Shown: positions 33,561-64,000 of the stretch, one piece after another
Layout: the number at the start of each line of letters is the position of its first letter
How positions within the stretch are numbered: position 1 is the first letter of the stretch
Assembly (NCBI GenBank): GCA_043228905.1
Contig: JBHGNT010000001.1
Span: 23,498,001 to 23,562,000, forward strand
Reading direction: 5' to 3'
DNA from: Azolla caroliniana
Taxonomy: Eukaryota > Plantae > Polypodiophyta
DNA length: 64,000 bases
Translations under genes and position numbers: made by a program
Notes under the pieces: generated by a model
Database searches by the model: none
What the model was told of the DNA's origin: nothing
Seen by the model: only the letters and a program-made list of their open reading frames with translations

Positions 33561-35068
33561 ACGGCGTACAATCCGGAGGCAAACGGGAAGGTGGAGCACG
33601 GACACGGCCCAATCGTAAAGGCGTTGGTACGGGCTTGCGAAGGCCAGGTCGGGAATTGGCCACGGCTCCTACCCTACGCACTATGGGTTGACCAGACGAC
33701 GCATAGTTCAGTGACCGGGTACATGCCGGCAGAGCTGATGTACGGGCAGAAACCGGTCATGCCGGTGGAACAGAAGATTTCCCCGTGGGCGGTGATAGAT
33801 TGGAGGAACGAGATGAGCCGGGAAGAACTGTTGGTGGCGCGGATTCGACAGCTTTAGCAAAGACCGGAGGACGTGGAGCGGGCAAAGACAAATCTGCAAA
33901 CGGCGAGGGAGAGGAACAAAGGCCGGTTTGACCGGACACACCGGCTGCAGCCAAAGAAGATCGAGGAAGGCGACTGGGTGTTGGTGTACAACAGCAGCCT
34001 CGACAACCAACACAAGGCAACGTGCAAATTCATGAGGAGGTGGTTCGAGCCCTACGTCGTAATGAGGGTGAATGACAACGGGACGTATCATCTTGCGGAG
34101 CTCGACAGGACACGATTAATAGTGCTGGTAGCCGGGAAGCAGATCAAGGCGTTCAAGAAGCGGCATGAGGACGAGCCAGACCCGGGAAGCGTGACCGACG
34201 ACGACCAGTTCGGAGCAGATGAGGATTCGGGAAGTGACGGATGATTACGGGCCGGTCTTCTCCGGCGATTGTTAGTGTCTAGCGCATACCAGTGGATGCG
34301 CAGTTTGGTGGGGGTGGATGTTGTGAAGAAAACTGACCCTAAGAGGAATCAAGGAATTAAAGGGGTGAACCTGCCCTTGCACGAGTGTGCGCGAATTGAT
34401 ACATTGTACATAACTAGGAATAGGACGGCTGATGTAAATATACTAGGTATGACATATTTATTAGCTAGGAAATCGATGCGTATCTCTGTCCGAAGGGACA
34501 GAGAATAAAGTTGACATGTTTTGATGTAACGGCCTCCTCGGCGACCTATAAAAGGGAGGGGAGAAGAAGAAGAAGGTTATCACGTTTTGGCGAGGACGAG
34601 GTGCTGTCAGACTGGGTTTCGAGCTCTCTCCTCCTCTAACGTTGCTCTCCACTCTGTTTGAGGGTAGTTTGCCTCTGCTGCATGTAAGCCCGCATGCTTC
34701 CAACAGAGGCTCCATCGTGCGTTCTCTGTGTCGCGTGTGTGTGCATGGGTTCTCTGTGTTGGGTCTCTTGCCGGTTGTAATCTTGCATACATTGTAACCT
34801 TGCTAGTTATTGAATTCAAACTTCTATTTTCTCTCTCTTGTGTTCTCTTGAGTTTCCTCTTCCTTGTCTGGTGAGCGTGTATCAGGTTCAGAGACTATAT
34901 GCGTTCAGGTCTTATTCGGCTAGTAACACTATCGGCAACGAGCAGGCCTAGTCGGCGATACGCTCGTGTATCTCTCTCTCTCTCTCTCTTTTGATCTCTT
35001 AAACCCCTCGGTCCAAGACACCCGCGATCCCCCCTTAGTTTCTCCCGCATGAGCGGAATTACACGACA
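33561..35068 (+). mobile_element. 3' part (integrase C-terminus, PPT, 3' LTR 34319-35068) of an autonomous Gypsy with TGTYG...CGACA termini
   Basis: TAYNPEANGKVEHGHGP...LWVDQTTHSSVTGYMP...GDWVLVYN...RWFEPYVV. PPT GGTGGGGGTGGA. LTR TGTTGTGAAG...CACGACA, with TATA near 34547. The right flank is LINE sequence beginning CCGC. Confidence 0.85.
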
Positions 35069-35326
35069 CCGCGCATCCAACAATATTAATGCAAGAGATA
35101 TGGAGTTCTAAAAAGCCAACATGATGACCTCAAGGGCAACTCCGATGGAGTTCAAAGACAACGACTAACCTTCATCCAACAATGGTCGACCACCCCCTTT
35201 ATTGAGTCGGTGGGCATCCACATAAGGTGGACCTATCGCATCCCTCCAAGGATTTGTATATATTAATCTCATATGTAAAATTCTATACCTAATGGAAGGA
35301 GTTTTTTCTGGGGGAAAAAAAAAAAG
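35069..35326 (+). mobile_element. 3' end of an L1-type LINE (same family as 10570-12746) with poly-A tail
   Basis: Aligns by eye to 12480-12746 and ends GGGGAAAAAAAAAAA. Confidence 0.85.
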
Positions 35327-35329
35327 AGC

Positions 35330-36400
35330 TTTTATGATGTTCTAAACCGTAAGGATAAGTATTAAGTGGATAAAAGCCATGCATGATGAAATGAACTCTG
35401 AGGGAAAGTAATATATTTGATTTAGTGGAACTTCCAAAGGGAAGAAAAACTTAAAAAATATACGGGTAACCTTGTAAAACATAAGCCTCATTTGTTTGTG
35501 AAGGGTTTCTGCCAATATAAAGGTATTCATTTTGATGGAATTTTTCACCAGTAGTGAAAATGATTTCTATTCAAGTAGTTTTTGGTTTGGCAACTAGTTT
35601 AAATCTTGAGATTGAGCAACTTGATGTGAAGACTACATTCTTGCATGAAGATTTGGTAGAAGAGATCAACATGGAACAATTTTATTATTGTGAAGAGAAA
35701 GGAAAAGAGCATCTAGTATATAATATGAAAAATAGTCTTTACCGCCTAAAAGAAGCACCAATGATACAAAAAGTTTGCTTCCTTCATGATGAGTCTAAAG
35801 TTAAACTACTCCAAGACTAATGGAGTTCATAGTGTGTATGTTAAGGCAATTTTTTAAGTTAACTTTATTATTCTCTTAATGTGTGTTGATGATATTCTAA
35901 TTGTTGGACAATATATTGACATGATCCACAAGTAAAAAGTGGACCTATCTACATCCTTTGAGATGATAGATTTTGGGCATGCTAAATATATTTTAGGCAT
36001 AGTACGTAATATACTCGAATGCATTGGCAAACATTCTTTTTCATACGAATCCAAACGAATGCATATGTTATCAAAACATTCTTATGTTTTTTTTACACTT
36101 TTTACCTTGACTTTCTTACCTTATAATAAATAATGAATACAAAAATATGGTACTTACCTACTCAAATGATTGAAACATTCTCGAATGCGAATGCATTTAT
36201 GGTACGTATGGTTCACACTATGATTTTAAGCATGAAAATTACTCACAATATAGAATGTGGAAAGTTGTGGTTTTCTCTAGAAAAGTACATAAAACGAGTA
36301 CTAGAGAGTTTAATATGCAACAAGCAAAACTAATAAGTACCCCTCTTGCTAGTCATTTCAAATTGTATAGAAACAATTGCCCCTCTTGCTACATATATAC
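35330..36400 (+). mobile_element. Old Tnt1-like Copia RT fragment
   Basis: LEIEQLDVKTTFLH, SLYRLKEAP, CVDDILIVG, LERV..MQQAK. Many frameshifts; interrupted by a small repeat near 36000-36230. Confidence 0.7.
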
Positions 36401-38062
36401 AACTACTTTTCCAAAGTGAGAAAGGGGGGGGGGGGGGGGGGGAACCAGAAGAGAATAGAATAGAATTTTGGAGAGCTCATACTCTTCTTGGTCCCTTCTC
36501 CATTAGTGCTTCCAAGTACATCAACTAAACGTCCACATTTTTGGATATCCCACCTTTAGAGTCATAGTACATAATATTGTGGTGTCCCTTTCATGCAAGA
36601 GCATGCATTTGAACACACCACTCTTTTAGCCACTCCCGTTTAGCACATCACCCATTTTAGCCCACCCTTTTAGCACACCATTTTGGGACACGTGTAGCTA
36701 GGCCGTCCCAAAATGGGTTCTTTGTATCTTCTATATATTGAATGATAAGTATGAAGCTAGCTAGACTAGTTTTGACCTCTTATGTGCATTTCACAATATA
36801 CTCAAATGCATTAGCAAACATTCTTTTTCATACGAATGCAAACAAATGAGTATGTTATCAAAACATTCTTATCACCTTAACTTTCTTACCCTAAATTATG
36901 TTTTACATTATAATAAATAATGAATACAAAAGTATAGTATTTACTATTTAATACTTCGAGGGTGTTTACTATTTTCAAATGCAAATGCACATATGGTACG
37001 TTTGGTTCAAACTTCACACTATGTTTAGAGTACTAAGGAAATTTTACTTTCATTAGTGCTCTAATATATTTAGAGTAAACCTTCGACATACAAATTGTAT
37101 ACATTGAAGGTGCATTGTTACTGTACTTGGTCACATAATTTTTCATCCAAAGGGTTTTACACGTTAAAAACTTGGTGGTGTATCCTGCATAATTTTGTTA
37201 TTCTTGTCTCATAACTAAGTGTTAATGTGCCTATGTGTGTGTGATGAACATGCAAATCTGTGTATATGTGCACACGCATGTGTTTGTCAGGCATGTGTGA
37301 GAGAAGCAATCAGTATCGGCTGCTTGCAAAACTCAACTAGAAAGAATTGTACACATTCATGCAAGAAACCCTAAACCGCCACAACAAACCTTAAAACACA
37401 AAAATGAAACTGAGAAACAAAGTAAGGTAAATGTAAAAACCCTAAAACGCCACAACAAACCTGAAAACACAAAGCAACTGAGAAAAAAAGAAAAAGTGTG
37501 CATGTACATGAGTGGGTGTGACGAGCAACTAATATTGGCTGATTTAGAAGCTTACTAGGGGCTGCAAGCTCATGTAGAAAGATATCATTTACAGATGTTA
37601 TAATGACTTGAAGAGACTTCAGATCAAAAGTTCATAGAATCTCAACATTTCATTCATGGGGATGTGCAAAGTGAGGAGATAGCTGCTTGCAAAGCTCATG
37701 TAGAAAGAAATGAAATCATATTTACAACAATGGCTTGAAGATTCTGGATCAGAAGCTGATAGAATCTGAACAGTATACATTGTCCTGATTACAGGAGCAA
37801 TTGACACTGACAGTGCTGGCAGAGATCATGGGGAAGATATCATACAGGGAGATGAGTCATACTTGGAACTGCGTGGCTTGATAACATTTCGGACCAGAAG
37901 TCAATGGAATTTGAACATGACATGATACTCATGGCAAGAGCAATTACAGCATTTTACCAAGTACAAGATAAAAGGCTGTATGCCAAAAGGTGATAGCTTT
38001 ATCTAGGCACCAAGACCTCGAAAATATGGACCCATTGAATTATAGGCATTTTTAAGCTGATG

Positions 38063-63811
<25,749 letters not shown>

Positions 63812-63866
63812 AGCCAAAGAAACAGAACAAACGCAGCTTGAACAATTGGCTCGAAGAAGAATTCAG

Positions 63867-63897
<31 letters not shown>

Positions 63898-64000
63898 CTT
63901 TCGGACTGTTCTTCTTTTTTTAGTTAAAAAAAAACCTTCCAAACAATAACCTTTATTAAAAATACTCTTTTAAGTGTGTAAACTCTAAACTCTAGGTTTG

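Overview
Eukaryotic nuclear DNA from a land plant. A large-genome seed-free plant such as a fern is inferred from the PPR motif style, the TE-filled introns and the retroelement types. Two host genes converge across a TE block: an intronless PLS-class PPR gene (21658-24111, +) and a 23-exon DEAH-box helicase of the DHX35/DEAH9 type (63811-38063, -; about 691 aa from my exon assembly; one GC-AG intron and a 13.4 kb TE-filled intron 2). The rest is mostly nested retroelements: an Athila-like Gypsy, a chromovirus Gypsy, two copies of one Copia family, a Tnt1-like Copia, L1- and RTE-like LINEs and a decayed Penelope-like RT. The most interesting signal is a group of LTR elements with TGTCG...CGACA termini. 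Where the primer site is visible it is tRNA-Trp. All four insertions sit inside other retroelements at nCGn sites, and two have a confirmed 4-bp TSD. Members carry tRNA-like Pol III promoter cassettes, covarying GGAUU-loop hairpins and a gag-only non-autonomous form whose two LTRs diverge abruptly just after the TATA box. All calls come from reading the sequence by eye; family and lineage names need database confirmation.
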